Assembly: GCF_018350175.1 (NCBI RefSeq)
Contig: NC_058369.1
Span: forward strand, 3,784,001 to 3,848,000
Origin: Felis catus
Taxonomy: Eukaryota
Length of the DNA: 64,000 bases
Direction of reading: 5' to 3'
Positions 51,070-64,000 of this stretch are shown in pieces (the stretch's first letter is position 1; every line of letters starts with the position of its first letter). Made by a program: the position numbers and the translations under genes. The notes beneath the pieces were generated by a model, which searched no databases, was not told the DNA's origin, and saw only the letters and a list, made by a program, of their open reading frames with translations.

Positions 51070-52942
51070 TTTTTTTTTTTAAATTTTGAACCGATTCTAG
51101 AATTCTGGGAAGTTGCAAAGACCGTACAGAGAGCAACTCTGGGCGTCCCTCGGCTGCTTCCCAGGGCTTAGTTCCCACCCAAGGGTCAGCAGGGAATCCA
51201 CGGGGAAATTGACATGGCTACAATGTGTCCAAAATTGACGTGGCTACAATGTGTCTGATTCCGTGCAATTCATCACAGGCGCAGAGTCTGGATGCCGAGA
51301 ATCAGAACTGCTGCCGTTTCTTTTATAGTCACTGCGGCCCCTGACCTCTTGTCCACCTCTGTCGTTTGCTCCTTTCAAGACGGGTGTATGACCGGGAGTC
51401 GTACGCTGGGCTGCACTTCGCGATTGGCTTCTTCCGCTCAAAGTCACGCCCTTGCAGATTCATCTGAGGCTTGTGCCTCTCGGTGGTTCGCTTGTTTTCC
51501 TTGCTGAGTAGTATTCCAGGGCCCACAGTGTAACTATTCGCCACCGGCGGCTTTTGCCTGTTGTGAATCAAGCTGCGACGGACAGGCAGGTCCAGGTTTT
51601 TGCGTGGACGCAAGCTTTCCTTTCCCTGGGATAAATGCCCAGGAGAACAAATTGGCGGGTTGTAGGGTCAGCGTTCAGTGTTTTAAGAAACTGCCAAGCT
51701 GGTTCCCAGAGGGGCTGTAGCATTTTACGTTCCCACCAGCAAAGCGTGACGCGGGGTTTCTCTGTATTCAGAGCATCTTTGAACTCCCTTCAGGATGGTC
51801 CTGGAAACCCCACATCCCTGACTCTTGGGGGAGGGTTTTCCTGGGCCTCCTTGGAAGAGGAGAAAACATGGGCTGGTGATTCGGTGTCAGGAGATTGCCT
51901 TAGACTTCTTTCTCCCTGGAGTGTGCAATGTACTGGATATTTGCATGCCCCCCCCCCCCACCGCCCCCATTCCTGTATCCAAGGCCTGTGCCCAGTAGAG
52001 TGGTATTTGGCGGTGAGGCCTTTGGGAGATTGTTGGGTTTGGGTGAGGTCACAGGGTGGAGCCCCCAGGATGGGATTAGTGCCCTTGTAAGGAGGTGAGG
52101 GGACCGGGGAGCACTCATGTGAGCGCACAGCAAGAAGGCGGCCTCTGCAAAGCTGGAGGAGGGCTCTCGCCCCCCCCCCCCACCGACCGTGCCGGGACCC
52201 TGATCTCGAAATTCCAGCCTCCAAAACGGTAACCCCACCTCCCCTCCCCTGTCCTTGGCAAACCAAATCTTCTCTTGGCCTCCAGGGTTTTGTCATTTTG
52301 CGGATGTCGTGTCCGGGAAGGCAGACCGCGTGCGACCCCCCCCCCCCGAGATCCCCTGTCTCCACCCTGCCTGGCTGCTGCGTGTATCGGGGAGTTTTCA
52401 CCTCGTGGTGGCCGACTGATATTCCCGGTTTTGCTTTGCCAACGTGTCCAACCATTCAGCCATCAAAGGACATTTTGCTCTTGGCCGCAGCATTTGGCTG
52501 TTACGAGTGTCGGTGCAGGCTTTTTTGCAGGAACATATGTTTTCATGTCTGGGGGATAAATGCCCAGAAGCCTATCCATCGGGGGCCACATACAGCAGCT
52601 ACGCGGTTAATGTCGGGAGAAACTGCTGATCCGGCTTCCTGAGCGGCTGTACCATTGATGTCCCCGCCAGGAACCAGTCTTTCCGCCTCTGCCCCAGCCT
52701 TTGGGGTGGTGACGCCTTTTTGGTCTTGCTCTTCCAAGAGTGCAAAGCGGTGCGTCGCCGTGGGCGTCGTTTGCGTTTCCGTGGCGGCTGATGGCGCTGA
52801 ACATCCCTTCAGTGGTTATTTGACATGAGATCGTAATCTTGCGGAAAAATGATCGAGGCGTGGGGCGCCCGGCTGGCTGGCTCAGTCGTGCGGCTCTTGG
52901 CCTTGGGGACGTGAGTTCGAGCCCCACGTTGGGTGTGGAGCC

Positions 52943-52981
<39 letters not shown>

Positions 52982-53228
52982 ATACACTGAGGCTTCCCAT
53001 ACGGCAATGAGCATAGATCTCCAGCAATGCCCATATATATTTACATGCGCACAGGGCATTGTGACCACCACGCAGGCAAGGCCGGCCCCCAGAAGCTTCT
53101 CTTGTGTCCCCCCCTCCTTTTCCCCTTCTGGCAGCAACCGGTCAGCTGATATTAGAGTAGACTGATTACCATGGATTCTCCAGGTAGGCGCGAGGTCATC
53201 ACCAGGATTCTTAAAAGTGGAAAAAGTG

Positions 53229-53264
<36 letters not shown>

Positions 53265-55400
53265 TGATTTGAGAGGCGCTCCATCCATCCCTGCAGGCTC
53301 CAAAGATGCAGAAAGGGGCCACAGGCTAAGGAGCTTCTAGAACCTGGAGGGGGTAAGGGTGGATTCTCCAGGAGGAGCAAGCAAGTGCCCGAGACACCTG
53401 GATCGTCGCCCGTGACAGCCGTGTGACCAGGATGACATCCCTGCTCTATGAGTAATTCATTCCGTTTAGTTGACGGTGTCCGTTTGACGGATGGACCGCT
53501 TTGGTTCGTATGTTCTGTCGCTAGTGGCTGGACAACTGGGTCTTTCCACTTTGGGGCCGTGAGAAATAAGGCCATTGTAAGTCCTGGAACACGGTTTGCT
53601 GTGTGGTCATACGTGTTGATTTCCGTTGGGTAAATTCCTATGCGCAGGATGTAGGAGGAGTGAATAAGCACATCGTCAGTTTCATAAAAACCCTCAAAAA
53701 ACACATTTTTATCAAGGGACGCCTGGTGGCTCCGTCGGTTGAGCATCTGACTTCAGCTCAGGTCAGGATCTCACAGTCTGTGAGTTCGAGCCCTGCCTCG
53801 GGATCTGTGCTGATGGCTCGGAGCCCGGAGCCTGCTTGGGATTCTGTGCCTCCCTCTCTCTCTGCCCCTCCCCTGCGCACACTGGCTCTCTCAAAAATAA
53901 AAACATGTTTAAAAATTAAAAAACAAACACACCGCTTTCCACAGCGGCTTCACCGCCCCTCGCGTCCCCGTCAGGATGACCTGTGCATTTCTGTTGCCCC
54001 GCATCCTCCCGAAACACCTGATCTCGGGCTTTTTAACGTTTAGATGTTCTAAAGCCGCAGCAGCCTCTGGCCACGCGTGGCGATTCGAGTTCAAATTAAT
54101 TCAAATGAAGTAAAACTCAAAATCCAGGCCCTCGTGCCGCTCACACCCCACGTGCCCCTCGCTGCACAGCGGCTCGCGGCCACTGCGTCACAAGTCACGG
54201 GCAGAGAGCATTTCCATCCGCCGTCGCAGAAAGTTCCATCAGACAGGACTTTATGCTTATGGCTTTAATTTTCATTTTTCAGTATCGTCTTGTAAATCCC
54301 CCTTTTTCCTTAAAAAAAATTGTTTTAATGTTTTTATTGTTTTGAGAGAGAGCACGAGCAGGGGAGGGGCGGAGAGAGAGAGGGAGACACAGAATCGGAA
54401 GCAGCTCCAGGCTCCGAGCTGTCAGCACAGAGCCCGACTCGGGGCTCGAACCCACGAACCGGGAGATCACGACCTGAGCCGAAGTCGGATGCTTAACCGA
54501 CGGAGCCACCCAGGTGCCCCGAATGGATCTTTTAAGACACAAATCTGATCACATGTCTCAGTTGCTAGTCTGTCAGCTTCAGGAGGGTAAGGAACTTGCT
54601 CAGATTTAATCACTGTTGAATGTTGAGTGCCAGGTATACAGTAGGTGCTCAATAGATGATTGTCGAATGAGTGACCAAATGGCTTCCCGCTGTTACAGCA
54701 GAGATTACGGCAGGCCCGCCCAAAAGCCATTCTCCCTCTCTTGTCACAGAATCCTGGTTTCATGCGGGGGACATTGCATCTTTTAATTACATGTAGCTTA
54801 AAGACTACATTTCCCAGCCTCCTTTGCAACTAGATCTTATGATTACCTTCTGGCCAATGAGATCCTAGCAGAGGTTTCCTGTGGGATTTCTAGGGAGGTG
54901 TTTTGTTTTGTTCAAGAAGCTGATTCAGATGGAAACTGCATCATTTTGTCCCTCCCTGCCCTGCTCCTGGAATGCAGGCAAGATGGCTGGGGCTCTGGCA
55001 GCCACTTTGGATTCTGCAGTGACTCTGAGACAGGTAGAGAGAGAAGCAGCAACCTGGGACACTGATGGCTATGAATGTGCTAACCAGGCCAGAATTGCTC
55101 ACCTTCGGATGCCTTGCTTATCTTGTTTGAGCCACTGTTACTTTTGCTGTGTATCCTGGTTTGAGGTCCCCAGAAGGAGACCTTGAAACAAGGATTTTGG
55201 GGCAAGTAGTTAATGTGGGAGGTGATCCCAGGAAGCCCTGGGAAGGGGTGGACAATTGAGACAGGAAAGGAAGGGAGGCCAATGCATAGTGTGCTCAAGG
55301 GCAGGTGCTGCCTGCAGGTAAACGGGGCTCAAGTCCCCCCCCAGACCATGTAGCACACAACCTGAGTCGTCCCACCCAAAGGGCATCTTTGTGAGTGAGA
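51070..55400. mobile_element. Mosaic of old L1M and MLT1 fragments with Can-SINEs at ~52862-52945(+), 53716-53923(+), 54322-54520(-), (CA)n ~52946-52977 and (GA)n ~53233-53261
   Basis: Recognisable L1 3' text, MaLR LTR motifs and SINE heads; internal boundaries not resolved. Confidence 0.7.
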
Positions 55401-57136
55401 GGTGAACTTTGGGGGGGCCCGTATATCTCCAGCACCCCTGGCTCACCCCGCACAGGGCTGACCTTGCCCCTGCAGCCAGAGCCAATCTCGTGAGCAGAGC
55501 TGGGGACTTCCAGTTAGCCTTTGGGGCGTTCAGATGAGCGGGAGGGTGTGGCTGGGGTGTGAACTGTGTCCACCGACTTCCAAGGCTGCCCCCTGCTCCG
55601 GGGACAGTCTCCTTAGTGTGAGTCTCCAAGTCCACATCCCTTTCTCCCACCTCTTGGGCCTTGCTCCGCACTACACTCCCTCTCCCCGCACCCCCCCCCC
55701 CCGCAACTTCTACTCCTCTGTTGGGTCTCTTGCATGACACCGCCTCCAGGAAGGCCCCCCTGATGCCCCCATCCAGCTTGAGCTCCCTGTTCCAGATTTC
55801 CACACCTTCTTGTGCTTGCCTTTGGGGAAATTCTCACAGCCGTATTACACAGTTACTTGTAGATGATTTAGGGTTTGTCTCGCGTGCCCGCTCCCCCAAA
55901 AGGTGCCGCGCCGTACCTGGGGTCCTCCGCCCGGGACAGGGCATACAGTAGGTGCTCAGTGTTTACAAGGCAACTCCTGTCTGCCAGGGGAAGGAAGTGT
56001 GGTTCGGATTTGGCACTCCCGGCACCCTCTCCTGCCGCCACCACGGTCCCCCTGGGGGCCCTTTGGCCCTTTACTCCAGAACTCCCATAATTGAAAGCAA
56101 ATGTTCCCTCCAGAAGTTTACCATATCTGTGTTCATCTTCTGTGTGGGCTAATTTTATTAAAGTTCCCCAAAGAGAGAATTGTAAATTCATTAGCGTGCA
56201 TCTTAGACCAGACCCTCCTGTACGCCGGGTAAAAAAAAAAAAAAAAAAAAGATTAGAAGTCAGCTGGGCCCGGTGATAATGAAACAGAAGATGCTCAAAC
56301 ATAATTCTTAATTAAACCGTAATGAGATAAGAAATTGTCGCCGGCTTGTGGGCCTGGCCCAAGTCCTCTGTGTTCCCGGCCTAACGCTGTGATTTATGAT
56401 TCTCTCCCCTCATTGATGTAATTAGTTTTTCTTCCCTCTTAAAAAATCCTAAACATTTAGATTATACATATATATATATATATGTGAAAAAAATATATAT
56501 GAAATACAGTCACACATGTAGGGCTGTTTGGGGTCTGCCTCCTGGTCCCTGAGCTCTGTGATCACCATGGGTTTGTATCTCCTGGGGTAATCCGGTAGCA
56601 GGTGACAGGACAGCCTCTAGCTGCCTTGCAGGGGATGGAATTTGGCGGCAGGATACGAAGGGGCAAATGGAAGTGACAGGACAGTGACGTTCGCCATATG
56701 GCTTCCTGTTATCTCGCCCCCCCCCCGCCCCCACCGCATGTTACTTGCTTTAGTTTCAAAGTGCGTGGAGAGGGGGTCACCCAGCCTAAACCCATCACTG
56801 TACCTTGGCACGGGGTGGTGGGGAGGACCAGTCCCTTCATGGAAAGAGGGCATCATGACACCCCAAAAGCACAGGCAGGGAGAGCCTCTGTGGAACAGCG
56901 CCAGGTGAGGTCGTGCATGGGGGGGTTGGGCCCCCGATGATGGCTGCAGGGGTTACGGCCGGCTGTTTGAAGACGAAGGGGTGTAGGGGGGGTCTGGGCC
57001 CCCAGCCGGGACGTCTCCTGCCCTGGAGCCGGGTGCACGGCGCTCGGCCGTCCACGCCACCACAATGATCGGAGTAATCGAAACCACAAATATTTGACGG
57101 GCCCTTTTTAATGCACCTGACGCCGGGGTCGACCAC

Positions 57137-57650
57137 TGTATCAGTCGGTTACTGCTGTGTAACAAATGATACCCAAGCTCGCCAGCCGGAGAACACCACA
57201 TTTATCGCACTGTTTCTCTAGGCCCCGGGCTCCCGGTGCAGCTTGGGTGGGTCCCCTGCTGGAGGGTCTCGCGGGCACTCATGAGGTTGTGGCTCGGGGC
57301 CGAGGCCTCATCTGAGGCTCAGCTGGAAAAGAATCTTCCTCAAGCCCCCTTCCCGTCCGTGGATGAGCCTGCTCCGGACGTCTCACGCACGTTTCACGCA
57401 CGTTTCACGCACGCGGACTCACACGGGTGTGGCCTCTCCTGTCTGGTTCCCTCCCTGAGCGTCGTGTGTCCAGGGTCCGGCCGCGGGGTGGTGGGGGTGG
57501 GGCGCCTCGCTCCTGCTGGCGGCCGAATCGTGTCCCACCGTGTGGACGGGCCACGTGTTTTATCCATTCGGCGTAGGTGGACTTTTGGGTCCCGCACTTT
57601 GGCTGCCAGAACCTTCGGGCGGACACCCGGGCCCGGAGCCGCGGGGTCCC
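57137..57650. mobile_element. MLT1 fragment (~57137-57340) followed by GC-shifted L1M fragment (~57343-57650)
   Basis: tgtatcagtcggttactgctgtgtaacaaatgatacccaa; the L1M part matches 32711-32870. Confidence 0.65.
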
Positions 57651-58142
57651 GTGACAGCCCCGGGTCCCCAAGCGGCCCGTTCAGTGCCCTCCCCAGCGGT
57701 GCTGGAGCGCTCGGGCTCCCCCACGCGCTCTCGCAGAGCCACCGCAGCGTCCCGGGTGGGGGCTCCCGGGGCAGAAGGGAGGGGGTTAAGCCAACGCAGT
57801 CGTCCCAGGACAGCAGGGTTGGCCATTCAGGACGCTCATTCAGCCGGAGCCCGTTGCTAAAAGGACCGGGCAGAGGGGAGGCCGGGCCGCGCTGGGGAGC
57901 AAAGCCCCGAAAGCAGCGGCCTCCCGCCTTCCCTTCCCGGGTCCAGCGGGCTCTCCGTCTGGGGGGCTGCGGGGGGTGGGGGGCAGCTCGGGGCTGCAGC
58001 CCCTCATTGTTTTGTCCTCATTGAAATGCAAAGAGAAAATTAGAATTCACCCGCTTCCTTTCCCCTTTCTTCTGGATTTTAATGAATTCAGCAGTTACAG
58101 GCTGAGCAGGGGGGAAAAAAAAAGAAAAAAGGCTTTTGAGGT

Positions 58143-58182
<40 letters not shown>

Positions 58183-58441
58183 GACAATGTTCGTTTCAAG
58201 GCTGGTCCTCGCTCTTCATCATCATTCAGCAGGACGTTCCCCCAGCGCTCAGTGGTCTGGGAAGCTCCCGGCCGGTCTGCCGCAACTCACTTATTTCGAT
58301 TCACAAGGAGACTTTATAGAGCCACACACAGTGTCACCTGTGTCCGTGACAGATCATCACGGAAATCGGCGTGTGGGAGGATGTGTGTGCAAAAGACCCG
58401 TCTGGTAAAGGGCTGTGACCGCACGTGTGCAGGCAGCTCTT

Positions 58442-58646
58442 CAACGTTTATTTATTTTTTTGGGACAGAGAGAGACAGAGCATGAACGGGCGAGGGGCAG
58501 AGAGAGAGGGAGACACAGAATCGGAAGCAGGATCCAGGCTCTGAGCCATCAGCCCAGAGCCTGACGCGGGGCTCGAACTCCCGGACCGCGAGATCGTGAC
58601 CTGGCTGAAGTCGGACGCTTAACCGACTGCGCCACCCAGGCGCCCC
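58442..58646 (-). mobile_element. Young SINEC_Fc
   Basis: Near-consensus sequence; TSD caggcagctctt. Confidence 0.95.
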
Positions 58647-58944
58647 AGGCAGCTCTTAACCTTAAGCTCACATGAGGCTCAACGCGGAAAAGCTAGAAGC
58701 TCTCCCGCCAAGGTCAAGAATGGCCACTCCTGCTGTCTGCGCTCGACATCATCCTGGAAGCCGTAGCCGCAGCAGTTTGGCAAGAGAAAGAGAGAAAAGG
58801 CGTCTGAATGGGGAAGAAAGAAGAAAAATTGTCCGCGTATGCAGAGAGCGGTCGTATTTCTATACGCTAACGGTGAACTACTCAAAAAAGGAAATTAAGG
58901 AACCGTCCCATTTACGATGGCATCAGAAAGAATAAAATATAGGA

Positions 58945-59160
58945 GGGGCGCCTGGGTGGCTCAGTTGGTTACACGTCCGACTTCAGCTCAGGTGGTGATC
59001 TCACAGTTCGTGGGTTCGAGCCCCGCGTCGGACTCTGGGCCGACAGCTCCCAGCCCGGAGCCTGCTTGGGATTCTGTGTCTCCCCCTCTCTCTGCCCCTC
59101 CCCCTGCTGATACTCTGTCTCTGTCGCTCACTCTCAAAAATAAATAAACATTAAAAAAAA
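58945..59160 (+). mobile_element. Can-SINE with 20-bp TSD
   Basis: TSD agaaagaataaaatatagga at 58925-58944 and 59161-59180. Confidence 0.95.
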
Positions 59161-59564
59161 AGAAAGAATAAAATATAGGAATAAACGTAGCCAAGGAGGT
59201 GAAAAATCCGTCCCCTGAAAAGCATAAAGCTCTGGGAGAAGACACCAAAGCCACAGATAAATGGAAAGACATTCTGTGCTTGTGGACTGGAAGACAGAAT
59301 ATCGTCAAAATGTCCCCATCACCCAAAGCGATCTCTAGACTCAGTGTGATCTCTGTACACATGCCGGTGGCATTTTTTTTTTCTTTTGCAGAAGTAGAAA
59401 AAACCAAATCCTTAACTCTATATGGAACCACACGAGACCCTGAATAACCGCAGGAATGTTGAACGAGAACAAAGCCACAGTCATCAAACTTGCTGATTTC
59501 AAAGTATACCTCAGAGCTACGGTGATCGGAACAGTATGGTAGTTGCATAAAAACAGGAACGCGC

Positions 59565-59789
59565 GGGGTGCCTGGGTGGCTCAGTCGGTTAAGCGTCCGA
59601 CTTCAGCCAGGTCACGATCTCGCGGTCCGTGGGTTCGAGCCCCGCGTCGGGCTCTGGGCTGATGGCTCAGAGCCTGGATCCTGCTTCCGATTCTGTGTCT
59701 CCCTCTCTCTCTGACCCTCCCCCGTTCATGCTCTATCTCTCTCTGTCTCAAAAATAAATAAAACGTTAAAAAAAACATTTAAAAAAAAA
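59565..59789 (+). mobile_element. Young SINEC_Fc
   Basis: TSD aaaaacaggaacgcgc. Confidence 0.95.
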
Positions 59790-60120
59790 AAAAACAGGAA
59801 CGCGCGTCAGTGGAACAGACCAGAGAGCCCAGAAACTGGCCCACGCTTCTACGATCAGCGGAGCTTTGACAGGCGTGCTAAGCCCACACAGTGGGGAAAT
59901 GAGGGTCTCTTCCATAAATGGTCTTGGGGAAACCGGACAGCCCTGAGCAAAACAGCGGAATCCGATCCTTAACAAAAATCAACTCAAAATAGATTAAAGA
60001 TGTAAGTGTGAATGCCTGAAATCGTAAAATACTAGAAGAGAACAGGGAAAAAGTTTTGTGACATTGGCCGGGCAATTTTTTTTTTTTTTTCCCAACACGA
60101 CGCCAAGAACACAGACAACA

Positions 60121-60344
60121 GGGGCGCCTGGGTGGCGCAGTCGGTTAAGCGTCCGACTTCAGCCAGGTCACGATCTCGCGGTCCGTGAGTTCGAGCCCCG
60201 CGTCGGGCTCTGGGCTGATGGCTCAGAGCCTGGATCCTGCTTCCGATTCTGTGTCTCCCTCTCTCTCTGCCCCTCCCCTGTTCATGCTCTGTCTCTCTCT
60301 GTCCGAAAAATAAATAAACGTTAAAAAAAAAAAAAAAAAAAAAA
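60121..60344 (+). mobile_element. Young SINEC_Fc
   Basis: TSD aagaacacagacaaca at 60105-60120 and 60345-60360. Confidence 0.95.
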
Positions 60345-60584
60345 AAGAACACAGACAACAAAAGGAAAAAGAGGCAGAAGCGATCACGTCAAACTAAAAG
60401 GATCCTGAGCAGCCAAGGAAGCCAGCCACAGAGTGAAGTCATAACATACGGAATGAGAGAAAATATTTGCAAAGAACACATCTGATAAGGGGGTCATCTC
60501 CAAAATATATAAGGGACTCCTACAACCCAGTAGCAACAAAAAACAAACAACCCAATTTTATTTCCTTATTTTTAAAAATTTAAG

Positions 60585-60771
60585 CTTTATTCATTTTTCA
60601 GAGAGAGCGTGAGGCGGGAGGGGCAGAGAGAGGGAGACACAGAATCCGAAGCAGGCTCCAGGCTCCGAGCTGTCGGCGCAGAGCCCGTCACGGGGCTCGA
60701 ACCCACAAACCGCGAGACCATGACCCGAGCCGAAGTCGGCCCCTTAACCGACTGAGCCACGCAGGTGCCCC
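60585..60771 (-). mobile_element. Can-SINE
   Basis: Ends caggtgcccc. Confidence 0.88.
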
Positions 60772-61441
60772 TGAAATTGATCTCAAAGAAATATCCGTGT
60801 CCCCGCGTTCATTGCGGTGTTATTCACAACAGCCAAGCTATGGACACAACCTAGGTGTCACTGAAGGATGGATGGATGAAGCTATGTATATATCTGCAAC
60901 GGAATGTTATTCAGCCTCGAGAAAGAGGGAAATACCATCACTGGGGGTCACATGGAGGGACCTGGAAGACATTATGTTGCGGGAAATAAGCCAGACACAG
61001 AAAGACCAAAACTGCATGGTACTCACTTATATGTGGAATCTAAAAAAAGTCAAACTCCTAAAAGCAGAGAGTAGAATGGTGCTCGCCAGGGATTTGGCGG
61101 GGGGGGGGGGGGGGGGGGGGAGCAGGGGTGACAGGGAGGAGCCCCTGAGACGCTGGTGAAAGAATACAAACCTTTGGTTGCCCGTATGAGTATGTTCTGG
61201 AGATCTAGCATACAGCCAGGTCAACGCCCTAGATGCTGTTGGCGAGTTGAAATTTGCTAAGATTTCACCAGGGGGCGCTGGCGGGGCTCAGTCGGTTGAG
61301 CGTCGGACCCTTGATAGCGGCTCAAGGTCATGATCACCCGGGTCGTGGGTTCGAACCCCGGGGGCTTGTGGGAAATCTGGACTTCCTGCTCACCTTTGCG
61401 GTGAACCTAAAACAGCTGTAAAAATAAAAGTTCGATCATTT

Positions 61442-61657
61442 GGGGCGCCTGGGTGGCGCAGTCGGTTAAGCGTCCGACTTCAGCCAGGTCACGATCTCGC
61501 GGTCCGTGAGTTCGAGCCCCGCGTCGGGCTCTGGGCTGATGGCTCGGAGCCTGGAGCCTGTTTCCGATTCTGCGTCTCCCTCTCTCTCTGCCCCTCCCCT
61601 GTTCATGCTCTGTCTCTCTCTGTCCCAAAAATAAATTAAAAAAACGTTGAAAAAAAA
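61442..61657 (+). mobile_element. Young SINEC_Fc
   Basis: TSD aaaagttcgatcattt. Confidence 0.95.
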
Positions 61658-61744
61658 AAAAGTTCGATCATTTAAATATATAGGGAATAATTATATTAAT
61701 AAAAGTTTGCCTACCTAGGGACTTGAGCCTCGGGCCTGATATCC

Positions 61745-61937
61745 TTTTTTTTTTTTTCTAAAGTTGATTTACTTATTTTGAGAGAGCAAGAGTGAGTTGG
61801 GCAAGAGAGAGAGGAAATCCCAAGCAGGTTCCGTGTTGTCGGCACAGAGCCCGGCGCGGGGCTCGAACCCATGAACCGCGAGGTCGTGACCTGAGCCGAG
61901 GTGAGACGCTTAGCCGTCTGACCCACCCGGGCGCCCC
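61745..61937 (-). mobile_element. Can-SINE
   Basis: Ends cccgggcgcccc; T tail. Confidence 0.88.
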
Positions 61938-63167
61938 TCTGGGAGGCCTCTTGAACACCCTCCCGTCTGTGTGCCGTGGCCCCTGTGTTCTACCTGGCAA
62001 AACAGAATAGAAATTCCGTTTCTGAGTGTGTTTCCCCCGCTCAGCAACACGCCCCATGAAGGCCGGGGGCGGTGGTGGTGTTGGCACGTCTTGTCCACTC
62101 TTGCCCCTCTCGTCGGTCCCCGGACACAAGGCTTGTTTGATATTTGAGCGCCGTGGGGCCGGGAGGCCCGGGTTCGAATCCTGGCCCTGCCCTCTTCTGG
62201 CTGGGTGGTCTTTGGGGAGTTGCTTAACCCCTCTGTGCCTCTGTTTTCGCATCTGCAAAATGGGTGATTACAGTAGCGTATCAGAGCGGTGTGAAATAGG
62301 ACAATTACCACGCAATAAGCGGGAGTCGTCTTTGGGGACAGGGCCGGGGCCCCCGGGGGACTTGGCAAGATTTCGCAGCGTCTTTGTTCTTCTGGGCTGC
62401 TGCTAAGTCTCTAGGAGGCAGTCGTGGCTGGAAAAGGCTTTCCTTCCTTCCTTTTTTTTTTTTTTTTTTTTAATTCATTTGTAGTCACATGATCACCCTG
62501 CAAATGCATTTCCCATCATGAAGTCAGAGACTTACTGCAAAAACCAAAGTCCGGGTGCACCCAGCGTTCGCCCTGGCCTCCTCCTTGCCCTCTGCGCGGG
62601 GCTGGGTTGTGGCAGCCTTTCCGTGGTCAGCCCCAACGACCTTGTCACGTTGTGGGTCCTGATGCTGCGGGCGGGCCACCTGGACCCCGTGGGCCCGGGC
62701 TCCTTCCACGGTGTGATATGCGGGGCCTCTGGGCGCGGGTGGGGCTGGCTCACGACCCATGTGGGGCCTCTCAGTGCGGGTGGAGCTTGCTGGTGGCACA
62801 GCGGGGACCCAGGGGACGTTGTCCTGAGGAGCAGCTTCCAAGAAGCGAATGTCTCGTAAACCAGGCGAAAGCTAATGGCATGTCACGACCTCACCTGGGG
62901 GATCCCTCGGCACCACTCGCCCCGGATCCTGCAGGTGCAGACAGTCACGAGCCCACCCAGATCTGAGGGGGAGGGGACAGGGACTCCACCTCCCCGCTGG
63001 AGCCACGGCAAACAGCGTGTGGTCCTCGTGGAAACGGCCATACCGCAGCACAGGTGTCCTCCCAGTGCGTCCGTGTCGCTGCCCGATCTCATTTTTCCTG
63101 GGGATCTAAAATCACATATGTATCCTCGAGAAAAGATCTAGCGTTTTCTTTTCGATGTGGATACATT

Positions 63168-64000
63168 TGTTAATGTCTATGTTGAGAGAGACTGTGCGCA
63201 CACACACAGAGAAGCACACACGAGAGGGGAAGGGGCAGAGAGAGACTCCCACTCTCATCAGGGAGCCGACCAGGGGCTTGATCCTGTGAGATCGGGACCT
63301 GACCCCAAATCAAGAGTCAGACACTCAACCGAACTGAGCCACCCAGGGCCCCGGATGTGGATATATTTATGATCCTTATTATTTTCTTTCTTCTTGTTGT
63401 GTCAAAATACACGTAACGTAAAATGTACCATCATAACCGCTTCTAAGCACACAGCTCAGGGCAGCAAATATGTTCACCTTGCTGTGTAGCCGGCCCCGCT
63501 GCAGACGTCCAGAACTCTGTTCTTGCAGATCTGAAACCCTGAACCTGCTCAACACTGACACCCCAGTCTCCCCTCCTCCCAGGCCCCGGCACCCACCATG
63601 ATGATCCGGGATCTTTTTTATTTCCAACTTCTCATCGGCTACTGCTGTTGTTACAACTAGCCGATGACCATAAAAGAATTACCCTAACTTAAAGCAAAAA
63701 TTTTTTAAGTTTATTTTGAGAGAGGCAGAGACAGCATGAGTGGGGGAGGGGCAGGGAGAGAAGGAGAGAGAGAGAATCCCAAGTAGTCTGTGCACTGTCA
63801 GCACAGAACCCGACGTGGGGCTTGAACTCATGAAACCTCAAGATCACGACCTGAGCTGAAACCAAGAGTGGGACGCTTAACCAACGGAGTCACCCAGGCA
63901 CCTCAGACTTTCAAGTGGGCACTCAAATGGCCAGTTAACCTACAACAAAGGAGACACAAGCCTACAGTGGGGAAAAAGACAGTCTCTTCAACAAATGGAG
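63168..64000. mobile_element. Can-SINEs (~63168-63351, ~63700-63904, both minus strand) and L1 fragments
   Basis: SINE heads and tails; gaaaaagacagtctcttcaacaaatgg is L1 ORF2 text. Confidence 0.75.

Larger units (their letters stand above)
58660..61430 (+). mobile_element. Decayed L1 (ORF2 3' part and 3' UTR) interrupted by several SINEs
   Basis: 59199-59447 translates KWKDILCLWTGRQNIVKMSPSPKAISRL, similar to L1 ORF2p KWKNIPCSWIGRINIVKM; L1M 3' UTR text from 60790. Confidence 0.85.

Noticed and set aside
51206..51255. 26-bp tandem duplication, plus small ones near 23399-23435 and 57384-57414
   Set aside because: Ordinary slippage duplications in or next to old repeats; no spacers, not CRISPR-like
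59199..59447. ORF similar to L1 ORF2p
   Set aside because: Short decayed fragment interrupted by SINEs; not a functional gene
61265..61280. CTCF-like TCACCAGGGGGCGCTG
   Set aside because: Formed incidentally by a SINE head junction and mismatched at the first core C

Overview
Felid (cat-family) genomic DNA, very GC/CpG-rich, identified by abundant SINEC_Fc-type Can-SINEs. Bases 1 to about 38,270 hold the 3' part of the + strand histone demethylase gene KDM4B (JMJD2B). I assembled 14 coding exons with GT-AG boundaries (5452-36326; 2355 nt = 784 codons + TAG), running from the end of the JmjC region through the PHD/ePHD fingers and the double Tudor domain. A ~1.9-kb 3' UTR follows. The rest is repeat-rich intergenic DNA (SINEs, L1, L2, MLT1, MIR) with a few AT-rich, homeobox-motif-dense islands and no recognisable exons. 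Almost all entries in the ORF track are GC-content artefacts. I found no wholly new gene system. The best leads are: (1) a 102-nt in-frame KDM4B cassette exon absent from the ORF track; (2) a 507-bp antisense solo LTR with a 5-bp TSD between the Tudor exons, carrying an antisense TATA/polyA and a sense AATAAA; (3) a ~1.45-kb C/T tract lying exactly between a consensus branch point and a strong acceptor; (4) a candidate 40-nt poison exon; (5) a (UCUGGG)9 G-quadruplex/hairpin element in the distal 3' UTR; (6) pairs of old L1 and L2 fragments sharing GC-rich derived states, one pair carrying CTCF motifs. Gene and repeat identities rest on my recall of the families, not on database searches, and repeat boundaries are approximate.
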